From positions 2,604,001 through 2,668,000 of the forward strand of contig OZ059895.1 of assembly GCA_964057225.1 (NCBI GenBank): a stretch of DNA of 64,000 nucleotides, written 5' to 3'. This document shows positions 51,853 to 64,000 of the stretch, one piece after another. The first letter of the stretch is position 1, and every line of letters begins with the position of its first letter. Position numbers and translations under genes: made by a program. The notes beneath the pieces are model-generated. The model saw only the letters and a program-made list of their open reading frames with translations, was not told the DNA's origin and did not search any database. The stretch is from Auanema rhodensis. Its lineage: Eukaryota > Animalia > Nematoda.

Positions 51853-54309
51853 TTTCACCCTGAAGAATTAATTTTTTCGTTGAATAACATTGTCCATCGT
51901 CTTCGCCTTGAAAAAAGGAATCTAAAAACATCTACTTTTTGCTAAATTATTTAAAAATTTTTCGAAAAAATTTTTGTCAAAATGTTTTTGGAAGCAATGT
52001 TGAGTGTACATGGAAACTCAACATACACTAATGCATCATTTTTCAAACGATCATAACTAATTTTTGTATTGAGTGTTTCTCAATGTAGTATAGTGCATTC
52101 GATGCGGATTTTTAAGCTGGGTCGATCTGTGTTATCAGATTTGCGCTAGCTTAAAAATGCACCGAGATATCAACTGATATAAGTTCACACTTATATCCTC
52201 GATTTTCACCCTGAAGAATTAATTTTTTCGTTGAATAACATTGTCCATCGTTTTCGCCTTGAAAAAAAGAATCTAAAAACATCTACTTTTTGCTAAATTA
52301 TTTTGAAATTTTTCGAAAAAATTTTTGTCAAAATGTTTTTGGAAGCAATGTTGAGTGTACATGGAAACTCAACATACACTAATGCATCATTTTTCAAACA
52401 ATCATAACTAATTTTTGTATTAAGCGTTTCTCAATGTAGTATAGTGCATCCGATGCGGATTTTTTAGCTGCGTCGATCTGTGTTATCAGATTTGCGCTAG
52501 CTTAAAAATGCACCGAGATATCAACTGATATAAGTTCACACTTATATCCTCGATTTTCACCCTGAAGAATTAATTTTTTCGTTGAATAACATTGTCCATC
52601 GTTTTCGCCTTGAAAAAAAGAATCTAAAAACATCTACTTTTTGCTAAATTATTTTGAAATTTTTCGAAAAAATTTTTGTCAAAATGTTTTTGGAAGCAAT
52701 GTTGAGTGTACATGGAAACTCAACATCCACTTATGCATCATTTTTCAAACGATCATAACTAATTTTTGTATTAAGCGTTTCTCAATGTAGTATAGTGCAT
52801 TCGATGCGGATTTTTAAGCTGCGTCGATCTGTGTTATCAGATTTGCGCTAGCTTAAAAATGCACCGAGATATCAACTGATATAAGTTCACACTTATATCC
52901 TCGATTTTCACCCTGAAGAATTAATTTTTTCGTTGAATAACATTGTCCATCGTCTTCGCCTTGAAAAAAGGAATCTAAAAACATCTACTTTTTGCTAAAT
53001 TATTTAGAAATTTTTCGAAAAAATTTTTGTCAAAATGTTTTTGGAAGCAATGTTGAGTGTACATGGAAACTCAACATACACTAATGCATCATTTTTCAAA
53101 CGATCATAACTAATTTTTGTATTGAGTGTTTCTCAATGTAGTATAGTGCATTCGATGCGGATTTTTAAGCTGGGTCGATCTGTGTTATCAGATTTGCGCT
53201 AGCTTAAAAATGCACCGAGATATCAACTGATATAAGTTCACACTTATATCCTCGATTTTCACCCTGAAGAATTAATTTTTTCGTTGAATAACATTGTCCA
53301 TCGTTTTCGCCTTGAAAAAAAGAATCTAAAAACATCTACTTTTTGCTAAATTATTTTGAAATTTTTCGAAAAAATTTTTGTCAAAATGTTTTTGGAAGCA
53401 ATGTTGAGTGTACATGGAAACTCAACATACACTAATGCATCATTTTTCAAACAATCATAACTAATTTTTGTATTAAGCGTTTCTCAATGTAGTATAGTGC
53501 ATCCGATGCGGATTTTTTAGCTGCGTCGATCTGTGTTATCAGATTTGCGCTAGCTTAAAAATGCACCGAGATATCAACTGATATAAGTTCACACTTATAT
53601 CCTCGATTTTCACCCTGAAGAATTAATTTTTTCGTTGAATAACATTGTCCATCGTTTTCGCCTTGAAAAAAAGAATCTAAAAACATCTACTTTTTGCTAA
53701 ATTATTTTGAAATTTTTCGAAAAAATTTTTGTCAAAATGTTTTTGGAAGCAATGTTGAGTGTACATGGAAACTCAACATCCACTTATGCATCATTTTTCA
53801 AACGATCATAACTAATTTTTGTATTAAGCGTTTCTCAATGTAGTATAGTGCATTCGATGCGGATTTTTAAGCTGCGTCGATCTGTGTTATCAGATTTGCG
53901 CTAGCTTAAAAATGCACCGAGATATCAACTGATATAAGTTCACACTTATATCCTCGATTTTCACCCTGAAGAATTAATTTTTTCGTTGAATAACATTGTC
54001 CATCGTCTTCGCCTTGAAAAAAGGAATCTAAAAACATCTACTTTTTGCTAAATTATTTAGAAATTTTTCGAAAAAATTTTTGTCAAAATGTTTTTGGAAG
54101 CAATGTTGAGTGTACATGGAAACTCAACATACACTAATGCATCATTTTTCAAACGATCATAACTAATTTTTGTATTGAGTGTTTCTCAATGTAGTATAGT
54201 GCATTCGATGCGGATTTTTAAGCTGGGTCGATCTGTGTTATCAGATTTGCGCTAGCTTAAAAATGCACCGAGATATCAACTGATATAAGTTCACACTTAT
54301 ATCCTCGAT
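51853..54309. repeat. Local 3-monomer (1053-bp) higher-order repeat, about 2.3 copies
   Basis: Three monomer types cycle: ATTGAGTG (51853, 52906, 53959), CATCCG+TTTTTTAGC (52204, 53257) and CATCCACTT (52555, 53608). Confidence 0.85.
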
Positions 54310-55713
54310 TTTCACCCTGAAGAATTAATTTTTTCGTTGAATAACATTGTCCATCGTTTTCGCCTTGAAAAAAAGAATCTAAAAACATCTACTTTTTGCT
54401 AAATTATTTTGAAATTTTTCGAAAAAATTTTTGTCAAAATGTTTTTGGAAGCAATGTTGAGTGTACATGGAAACTCAACATACACTTATGCATCATTTTT
54501 CGAACAATCATAACTAATTTTTGTATTAAGCGTTTCTCAATGTAGTATAGTGCATTCGATGCGGATTTTTAAGCTGGGTCGATCTGTGTTATCAGATTTG
54601 CGCTAGCTTAAAAATGCACCGAGATATCAACTGATATAAGTTCACACTTATATCCTCGATTTTCACCCTGAAGAATTAATTTTTTCGTTGAATAACATTG
54701 TCCATCGTCTTCGCCTTGAAAAAAAGAATCTAAAAACATCTACTTTTTGCTAAATTATTTTGAAATTTTTCGAAAAAATTTTTGTCAAAATGTTTTTGGA
54801 AGCAATGTTGAGTGTACATGGAAACTCAACATACACTAATGCATCATTTTTCAAACGATCATAACTAATTTTTGTATTAAGCGTTTCTCAATGTAGTATA
54901 GTGCATTCGATGCGGATTTTTAAGCTGCGTCGATTTGTGTTATCAGATTTGCGCTAGCTTGAAAATGCACCGAGATATCAACTGATATAAGTTCACACTT
55001 ATATCCTCGATTTTCACCCTGAAGAATTAATTTTTTCGTTGAATAACATTGTCCATCGTCTTTGCCTTGAAAAAAGGAATCTAAAAACATCTACTTTTTG
55101 CTAAATTATTTTGAAATTTTTCGAAAAAATTGTTGTCAAAATGTTTTTGGAAGCAATGTTGAGTGTACATGGAAACTCAACATACACTTATGCATCATTT
55201 TTCGAACAATCATAACTAATTTTTGTATTAAGCGTTTCTCAATGTAGTATAGTGCATTCGATGCGGATTTTTAAGCTGGGTCGATCTGTGTTATCAGATT
55301 TGCGCTAGCTTAAAAATGCACCGAGATATCAACTGATATAAGTTCACACTTATATCCTCGATTTTCACCCTGAAGAATTAATTTTTTCGTTGAATAACAT
55401 TGTCCATCGTCTTCGCCTTGAAAAAAAGAATCTAAAAACATCTACTTTTTGCTAAATTATTTTGAAATTTTTCGAAAAAATTTTTGTCAAAATGTTTTTG
55501 GAAGCAATGTTGAGTGTACATGGAAACTCAACATACACTAATGCATCATTTTTCAAACGATCATAACTAATTTTTGTATTAAGCGTTTCTCAATGTAGTA
55601 TAGTGCATTCGATGCGGATTTTTAAGCTGCGTCGATTTGTGTTATCAGATTTGCGCTAGCTTAAAAATGCACCGAGATATCAACTGATATAAGTTCACAC
55701 TTATATCCTCGAT

Positions 55714-58700
55714 TTTCACCCTGAAGAATTAATTTTTTCGTTGAATAACATTGTCCATCGTCTTTGCCTTGAAAAAAGGAATCTAAAAACATCTACTTTT
55801 TGCTAAATTATTTTGAAATTTTTCGAAAAAATTTTTGTCAAAATGTTTTTGGAAGCAATGTTGAGTGTACATGGAAACTCAACATACACTTATGCATCAT
55901 TTTTCAAACAATCATAACTAATTTTTGTATTAAGCGTTTCTCAATGTAGTATAGTGCATCCGATGCGGATTTTTAAGCTGCGTCGATCTGTGTTATCAGA
56001 TTTGCGCTAGCTTAAAAATGCACCGAGATATCAACTGATATAAGTTCACACTTATATCCTCGATTTTCACCCTGAAGAATTAATTTTTTCGTTGAATAAC
56101 ATTGTCCATCGTCTTTGCCTTGAAAAAAGGAATCTAAAAACATCTACTTTTTGCTAAATTATTTTGAAATTTTTCGAAAAAATTTTTGTCAAAATGTTTT
56201 TGGAAGCAATGTTGAGTGTACATGGAAACTCAACATACACTTATGCATCATTTTTCAAACAATCATAACTAATTTTTGTATTAAGCGTTTCTCAACGTAG
56301 TAGAGTGCATTCGATGCGGATTTTTAAGTTGCGTCGATCTGTGTTATCAGATTTGCGCTAGCTTAAAAATGCACCGAGATATCAACTGATATAAGTTCAC
56401 ACTTATATCCTCGATTTTCACCCTGAAGAATTAATTGTTTTGTTGAATAACATTGTCCATCGTCTTTGCCTTGAAAAAAGGAATCTAAAAACATCTACTT
56501 TTTGCTAAATTATTTTGAAATTTTTCGAAAAAATTTTTGTCAAAATGTTTTTGGAAGCAATGTTGAGTGTACATGGAAACTCAACATACACTTATGCATC
56601 ATTTTTCAAACAATCATAACTAATTTTTGTATTAAGCGTTTCTCAACGTAGTAGAGTGCATTCGATGCGGATTTTTAAGCTGCGTCGATCTGTGTTATCA
56701 GATTTGCGCTAGCTTAAAAATGCACCGAGATATCAACTGATATAAGTTCACACTTATATCCTCGATTTTCACCCTGAAGAATTAATTGTTTTGTTGAATA
56801 ACATTGTCCATCGTCTTTGCCTTGAAAAAAGGAATCTAAAAACATCTACTTTTTGCTAAATTATTTTGAAATTTTTCGAAAAAATTTTTGTCAAAATGTT
56901 TTTGGAAGCAATGTTGAGTGTACATGGAAACTCAACATACACTTATGCATCATTTTTCAAACAATCATAACTAATTTTTGTATTAAGCGTTTCTCAATGT
57001 AGTATAGTGCATCCGATGCGGATTTTTAAGCTGCGTCGATCTGTGTTATCAGATTTGCGCTAGCTTAAAAATGCACCGAGATATCAACTGATATAAGTTC
57101 ACACTTATATCCTCGATTTTCACCCTGAAGAATTAATTTTTTCGTTGAATAACATTGTCCATCGTCTTTGCCTTGAAAAAAGGAATCTAAAAACATCTAC
57201 TTTTTGCTAAATTATTTTGAAATTTTTCGAAAAAATTTTTGTCAAAATGTTTTTGGAAGCAATGTTGAGTGTACATGGAAACTCAACATACACTTATGCA
57301 TCATTTTTCAAACAATCATAACTAATTTTTGTATTAAGCGTTTCTCAACGTAGTAGAGTGCATTCGATGCGGATTTTTAAGTTGCGTCGATCTGTGTTAT
57401 CAGATTTGCGCTAGCTTAAAAATGCACCGAGATATCAACTGATATAAGTTCACACTTATATCCTCGATTTTCACCCTGAAGAATTAATTGTTTTGTTGAA
57501 TAACATTGTCCATCGTCTTTGCCTTGAAAAAAGGAATCTAAAAACATCTACTTTTTGCTAAATTATTTTGAAATTTTTCGAAAAAATTTTTGTCAAAATG
57601 TTTTTGGAAGCAATGTTGAGTGTACATGGAAACTCAACATACACTTATGCATCATTTTTCAAACAATCATAACTAATTTTTGTATTAAGCGTTTCTCAAC
57701 GTAGTAGAGTGCATTCGATGCGGATTTTTAAGCTGCGTCGATCTGTGTTATCAGATTTGCGCTAGCTTAAAAATGCACCGAGATATCAACTGATATAAGT
57801 TCACACTTATATCCTCGATTTTCACCCTGAAGAATTAATTGTTTTGTTGAATAACATTGTCCATCGTCTTTGCCTTGAAAAAAGGAATCTAAAAACATCT
57901 ACTTTTTGCTAAATTATTTTGAAATTTTTCGAAAAAATTTTTGTCAAAATGTTTTTGGAAGCAATGTTGAGTGTACATGGAAACTCAACATACACTTATG
58001 CATCATTTTTCAAACAATCATAACTAATTTTTGTATTAAGCGTTTCTCAATGTAGTATAGTGCATCCGATGCGGATTTTTAAGCTGCGTCGATCTGTGTT
58101 ATCAGATTTGCGCTAGCTTAAAAATGCACCGAGATATCAACTGATATAAGTTCACACTTATATCCTCGATTTTCACCCTGAAGAATTAATTTTTTCGTTG
58201 AATAACATTGTCCATCGTCTTTGCCTTGAAAAAAGGAATCTAAAAACATCTACTTTTTGCTAAATTATTTTGAAATTTTTCGAAAAAATTTTTGTCAAAA
58301 TGTTTTTGGAAGCAATGTTGAGTGTACATGGAAACTCAACATACACTTATGCATCATTTTTCAAACAATCATAACTAATTTTTGTATTAAGCGTTTCTCA
58401 ACGTAGTAGAGTGCATTCGATGCGGATTTTTAAGTTGCGTCGATCTGTGTTATCAGATTTGCGCTAGCTTAAAAATGCACCGAGATATCAACTGATATAA
58501 GTTCACACTTATATCCTCGATTTTCACCCTGAAGAATTAATTGTTTTGTTGAATAACATTGTCCATCGTCTTTGCCTTGAAAAAAGGAATCTAAAAACAT
58601 CTACTTTTTGCTAAATTATTTTGAAATTTTTCGAAAAAATTTTTGTCAAAATGTTTTTGGAAGCAATGTTGAGTGTACATGGAAACTCAACATACACTTA

Positions 58701-59574
58701 TGCATCATTTTTCAAACAATCATAACTAATTTTTGTATTAAGCGTTTCTCAACGTAGTAGAGTGCATTCGATGCGGATTTTTAAGCTGCGTCGATCTGTG
58801 TTATCAGATTTGCGCTAGCTTAAAAATGCACCGAGATATCAACTGATATAAGTTCACACTTATATCCTCGATTTTCACCCTGAAGAATTAATTGTTTTGT
58901 TGAATAACATTGTCCATCGTCTTTGCCTTGAAAAAAGGAATCTAAAAACATCTACTTTTTGCTAAATTATTTTGAAATTTTTCGAAAAAATTTTTGTCAA
59001 AATGTTTTTGGAAGCAATGTTGAGTGTACATGGAAACTCAACATACACTTATGCATCATTTTTCAAACAATCATAACTAATTTTTGTATTAAGCGTTTCT
59101 CAACGTAGTAGAGTGCATTCGATGCGGATTTTTAAGTTGCGTCGATCTGTGTTATCAGATTTGCGCTAGCTTAAAAATGCACCGAGATATCAACTGATAT
59201 AAGTTCACACTTATATCCTCGATTTTCACCCTGAAGAATTAATTGTTTTGTTGAATAACATTGTCCATCGTCTTTGCCTTGAAAAAAGGAATCTAAAAAC
59301 ATCTACTTTTTGCTAAATTATTTTGAAATTTTTCGAAAAAATTTTTGTCAAAATGTTTTTGGAAGCAATGTTGAGTGTACATGGAAACTCAACATACACT
59401 TATGCATCATTTTTCAAACAATCATAACTAATTTTTGTATTAAGCGTTTCTCAACGTAGTAGAGTGCATTCGATGCGGATTTTTAAGCTGCGTCGATCTG
59501 TGTTATCAGATTTGCGCTAGCTTAAAAATGCACCGAGATATCAACTGATATAAGTTCACACTTATATCCTCGAT
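55714..59574. repeat. Local 3-monomer (1053-bp) higher-order repeat, three copies plus a 2-monomer derivative
   Basis: The AAGTTGCG variant lies at 56329, 57382 and 58435 (1053 apart), then 59137 (702 later). CATCCG monomers start at 55714, 56767 and 57820. Confidence 0.9.
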
Positions 59575-62500
59575 TTTCACCCTGAAGAATTAATTTTTTC
59601 GTTGAATAACATTGTCCATCGTCTTTGCCTTGAAAAAAGGAATCTAAAAACATCTACTTTTTGCTAAATTATTTTGAAATTTTTCGAAAAAATTTTTGTC
59701 AAAATGTTTTTGGAAGCAATGTTGAGTGTACATGGAAACTCAACATACACTTATGCATCATTTTTCAAACAATCATAACTAATTTTTGTATTAAGCGTTT
59801 CTCAACGTAGTAGAGTGCATTCGATGCGGATTTTTAAGCTGCGTCGATTTGTGTTATCAGATTTGCGCTAGCTTAAAAATGCACCGAGATATCAACTGAT
59901 ATAAGTTCACACTTATATACTCGATTTTCACCCTGAAGAATTAATTTTTTCGTTGAATAACATTGTCCATCGTCTTTGCCTTGAAAAAAGGAATCTAAAA
60001 ACATCTACTTTTTGCTAAATTATTATGAAATTTTTCGAAAAAATTTTTGTCAAAATGTTTTTGGAAGCAATGTTGAGTGTACATGGAAACTCAACATACA
60101 CTAATGCATCATTTTTCAAACGATCATAACTAATTTTTGTATTAAGCGTTTCTCAACGTAGTAGAGTGCATTCGATGCGGATTTTTAAGCTGCGTCGATC
60201 TGTGTTATCAGATTTGCGCTAGCTTAAAAATGCACCGAGATATCAACTGATAAAAGTTCACACTTATATCCTCGATTTTCACCCTGAAGAATTAATTTTT
60301 TCGTTGAATAACATTGTCCATCGTCTTTGCCTTGAAAAAAGGAATCTAAAAACATCTACTTTTTGCTAAATTATTTAGAAATTTTTCGAAAAAATTTTTG
60401 TCAAAATGTTTTTGGAAGCAATGTTGAGTGTACATGGAAACTCAACATACACTTATGCATCATTTTTCAAACAATCATAACTAATTTTTGTATTAAGCGT
60501 TTCTCAACGTAGTAGAGTGCATTCGATGCGGATTTTTAAGCTGCGTCGATCTGTGTTATCAGATTTGCGCTAGCTTAAAAATGCACCGAGATATCAACTG
60601 ATATAAGTTCACACTTATATCCTCGATTTTCACCCTGAAGAATTAATTGTTTCGTTGAATAACATTGTTCATCGTCTTTGCCTTGAAAAAAGGAATCTAA
60701 AAACAACTACTTTTTGCTAAATTATTTTGAAATTTTTCGAAAAAATTTTTGTCAAAATGTTTTTGGGAGCAATGTTGAGTGTACATGGAAACTCAACATA
60801 CACTTATGCATCATTTTTCAAACAATCATAACTAATTTTTGTATTAAGCGTTTCTCAACGTAGTAGAGTGCATTCGATGCGGATTTTTAAGCTGCGTCGA
60901 TCTGTGTTATCAGATTTGCGCTAGCTTAAAAATGCACCGAGATATCAACTGATAAAAGTTCACACTTATATCCTCGATTTTCACCCTGAAGAATTAATTT
61001 TTTCGTTGAATAACATTGTCCATCGTCTTTGCCTTGAAAAAAGGAATCTAAAAACATCTACCTTTTGCTAAATTATTTAGAAATTTTTCGAAAAAATTTT
61101 TGTCAAAATGTTTTTGGAAGCAATGTTGAGTGTACATGGAAACTCAACATACACTTATGCATCATTTTTCAAACAATCATAACTAATTTTTGTATTAAGC
61201 GTTTCTCAACGTAGTAGAGTGCATTCGATGCGGATTTTTAAGCTGCGTCGATCTGTGTTATCAGATTTGCGCTAGCTTATAAATGCACCGAGATATCAAC
61301 TGATATAAGTTCACACTTATATCCTCGATTTTCACCCTGAAGAATTAATTGTTTCGTTGAATAACATTGTCCATCGTCTTTGCCTTGAAAAAAGGAATCT
61401 AAAAACAACTACTTTTTGCTAAATTATTTTGAAATTTTTCGAAAAAATTTTTGTCAAAATGTTTTTGGGAGCAATGTTGAGTGTACATGGAAACTCAACA
61501 TACACTTATGCATCATTTTTCAAACAATCATAACTAATTTTTGTATCAAGCGTTTCTCAACGTAGTAGAGTGCATTCGATGCGGATTTTTAAGCTGCGTC
61601 GATCTGTGTTATCAGATTTGCGCTAGCTTAAAAATGCACCGAGATATCAACTGATATAAGTTCACACTTATATCCTCGATTTTCACCCTGAAGAATTAAT
61701 TTTTTCGTTGAATAACATTGTCCACCGTCTTCGCCTTGAAAAAAGGAATCTAAAAACATCTACTTTTTGCTAAATTATTTTGAAATGTTTCGAAAAAATT
61801 TTTGTCAAAATGTTTTTGGAAGCAATGTTGAGTTTACATGGAAACTCAACATACACTAATGCATCATTTTTCAAACGATCATAACTAATTTTTGTATTAA
61901 GCGTTTCTCAATGTAGTATAGTGCATTCGATGCGGATTTTTAAGCTGCGTCGATTTGTGTTATCAGATTTGCGCTAGCTTAAAAATGCACCGAGATATCA
62001 ACTGATATAAGTTCACACTTATATACTCGATTTTCACCCTGAAGAATTAATTTTTTCGTTGAATAACATTGTCCATCGTCTTTGCCTTGAAAAAAGGAAT
62101 CTAAAAACATCTACTTTTTGCTAAATTATCATGAAATTTTTCGAAAAAATTTTTGTCAAAATGTTTTTGGAAGCAATGTTGAGTGTACATGGAAACTCAA
62201 CATACACTTATGCATCATTTTTCGAACAATCATAACTAATTTTTGTATTAAGCGTTTCTCAATGTAGTATAGTGCATCCGATGCGGATTTTTAAGCTGCG
62301 TCGATCTGTGTTATCAGATTTGCGCTAGCTTAAAAATGCACCGAGATATCAACTGATATAAGTTCACACTTATATCCTCGATTTTCACCCTGAAGATTTA
62401 ATTTTTTCGTTGAATAACATTGTCCATCGTCTTCGCCTTGAAAAAAGGAATCTAAAAACATCTACTTTTTGCTAAATTATTTTGAAATTTTTCGAAAAAA

Positions 62501-64000
62501 TTTTTGTCAAAATGTTTTTGGAAGCAATGTTGAGTGTACATGGAAACTCAACATACACTTATGCATCATTTTTCGAACAATCATAACTAATTTTTGTATT
62601 AAGCGTTTCTCAATGTAGTATAGTGCATTCGATGCGGATTTTTAAGCTGCGTCGATCTGTGTTATCAGATTTGCGCTAGCTTAAAAATGCACCGAGATAT
62701 CAACTGATATAAGTTCACACTTATATCCTCGATTTTCACCCTGAAGAATTAATTTTTTCGTTGAATAACATTGTCCATCGTCTTTGCCTTGAAAAAAAGA
62801 ATCTAAAAACATCTACTTTTTGCTAAATTATTTTGAAATTTTTCGAAAAAATTTTTGTCAAAATGTTTTTGGAAGCAATGTTGAGTGTACATGGAAACTC
62901 AACATACACTTATGCATCATTTTTCAAACAATCATAACTAATTTTTGTATTAAGCGTTTCTCAATGTAGTATAGTGCATCCGATGCGGATTTTTAAGCTG
63001 CGTCGATCTGTGTTATCAGATTTGCGCTAGCTTAAAAATGCACCGAGATATCAACTGATATAAGTTCACACTTATATCCTCGATTTTCACCCTGAAGAAT
63101 TAATTTTTTCGTTGAATAACATTGTCCATCGTCTTCGCCTTGAAAAAAGGAATCTGAAAACATCTACTTTTTGCTAAATTATTTTGAAATTTTTCGAAAA
63201 AATTTTTGTCAAAATGTTTTTGGAAGCAATGTTGAGTGTACATGGGAACTCAACATACACTAATGCATCATTTTTTAAACGATCATAACTAATTTTTGTA
63301 TTAAGCGTTTCTCAATGTAGTATAGTGCATTCGATGCGGATTTTTAAGCTGCGTCGATTTGTGTTATCAGATTTGCGCTAGCTTAAAAATGCACCGAGAT
63401 ATCAACTGATATAAGTTCACACTTATATCCTCGATTTTCACCCTGAAGATTTAATTTTTTCGTTGAATAACATTGTCCATCGTCTTCGCCTTGAAAAAAG
63501 GAATCTAAAAACATCTACTTTTTGCTAAATTATTTTGAAATTTTTCGAAAAAATTTTTGTCAAAATGTTTTTGGAAGCAATGTTGAGTGTACATGGAAAC
63601 TCAACATACACTTATGCATCATTTTTCGAACAATCATAACTAATTTTTGTATTAAGCGTTTCTCAATGTAGTATAGTGCATTCGATGCGGATTTTTAAGC
63701 TGCGTCGATCTGTGTTATCAGATTTGCGCTAGCGTAAAAATGCACCGAGATATCAACTGATATAAGTTCACACTTATATCCTCGATTTTCACCCTGAAGA
63801 ATTAATTTTTTCGTTGAATAACATTGTCCATCGTCTTTGCCTTGAATAAAGGAATCTAAAAACATCTACTTTTTGCTAAATTATTTTGAAATTTTTCGAA
63901 AAAATTTTTGTCAAAATGTTTTTGGAAGCAATGTTGAGTGTACATGGAAACTCAACATACACTTATGCATCATTTTTCGAACAATCATAACTAATTTTTG

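Larger units (their letters stand above)
1..64000. repeat. Tandem satellite DNA array, 351-bp monomer, about 184 units, single orientation, extends beyond both window ends
   Basis: The unit start TTTCACCCTGAAGAAT recurs at 1, 352, 703 ... 3511 ... 47641, 54661, 61681, 63787 with a 351-bp period. The period is broken only by 1-bp-short monomers (starting at 4915, 12636, 13688, 31689, 37911, 41069, 43781), one 155-bp net loss near 15370, and three 95-bp deletions. I saw no non-satellite sequence. Confidence 0.99.

Noticed and set aside
1-64000. CRISPR array or other repeat-spacer system suggested by regularly spaced hairpins
   Set aside because: The whole 351-bp unit repeats. There are no unique spacers, no leader and no cas genes.

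Overview
The whole 64-kb window is one uninterrupted head-to-tail array of an AT-rich satellite DNA with a 351-bp monomer. Monomer 1 is about 31% GC (109 of 351 bases by hand count). I count about 184 monomer units including partial ones, all in the same orientation and usually differing by only a few substitutions. I find no credible gene, RNA gene, CRISPR array or transposon insertion. The single ORF in the track is a by-product of a deletion junction. The array looks like eukaryotic heterochromatic or (peri)centromeric satellite, but I cannot name the organism or family from the sequence. The informative content is (i) a monomer tiled with inverted repeats, (ii) two deletion types: a unique complex junction at about 15.37 kb with an apparently templated filler, and a 95-bp deletion present three times, and (iii) diagnostic variants that reveal nested tandem duplications of 2 to 18 monomers, with chimeric monomers at the breakpoints and an inferable order of events. 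I see no evidence of a novel protein-coding system. 'Offset' below means position within the 351-bp monomer, numbered as in window positions 1-351.
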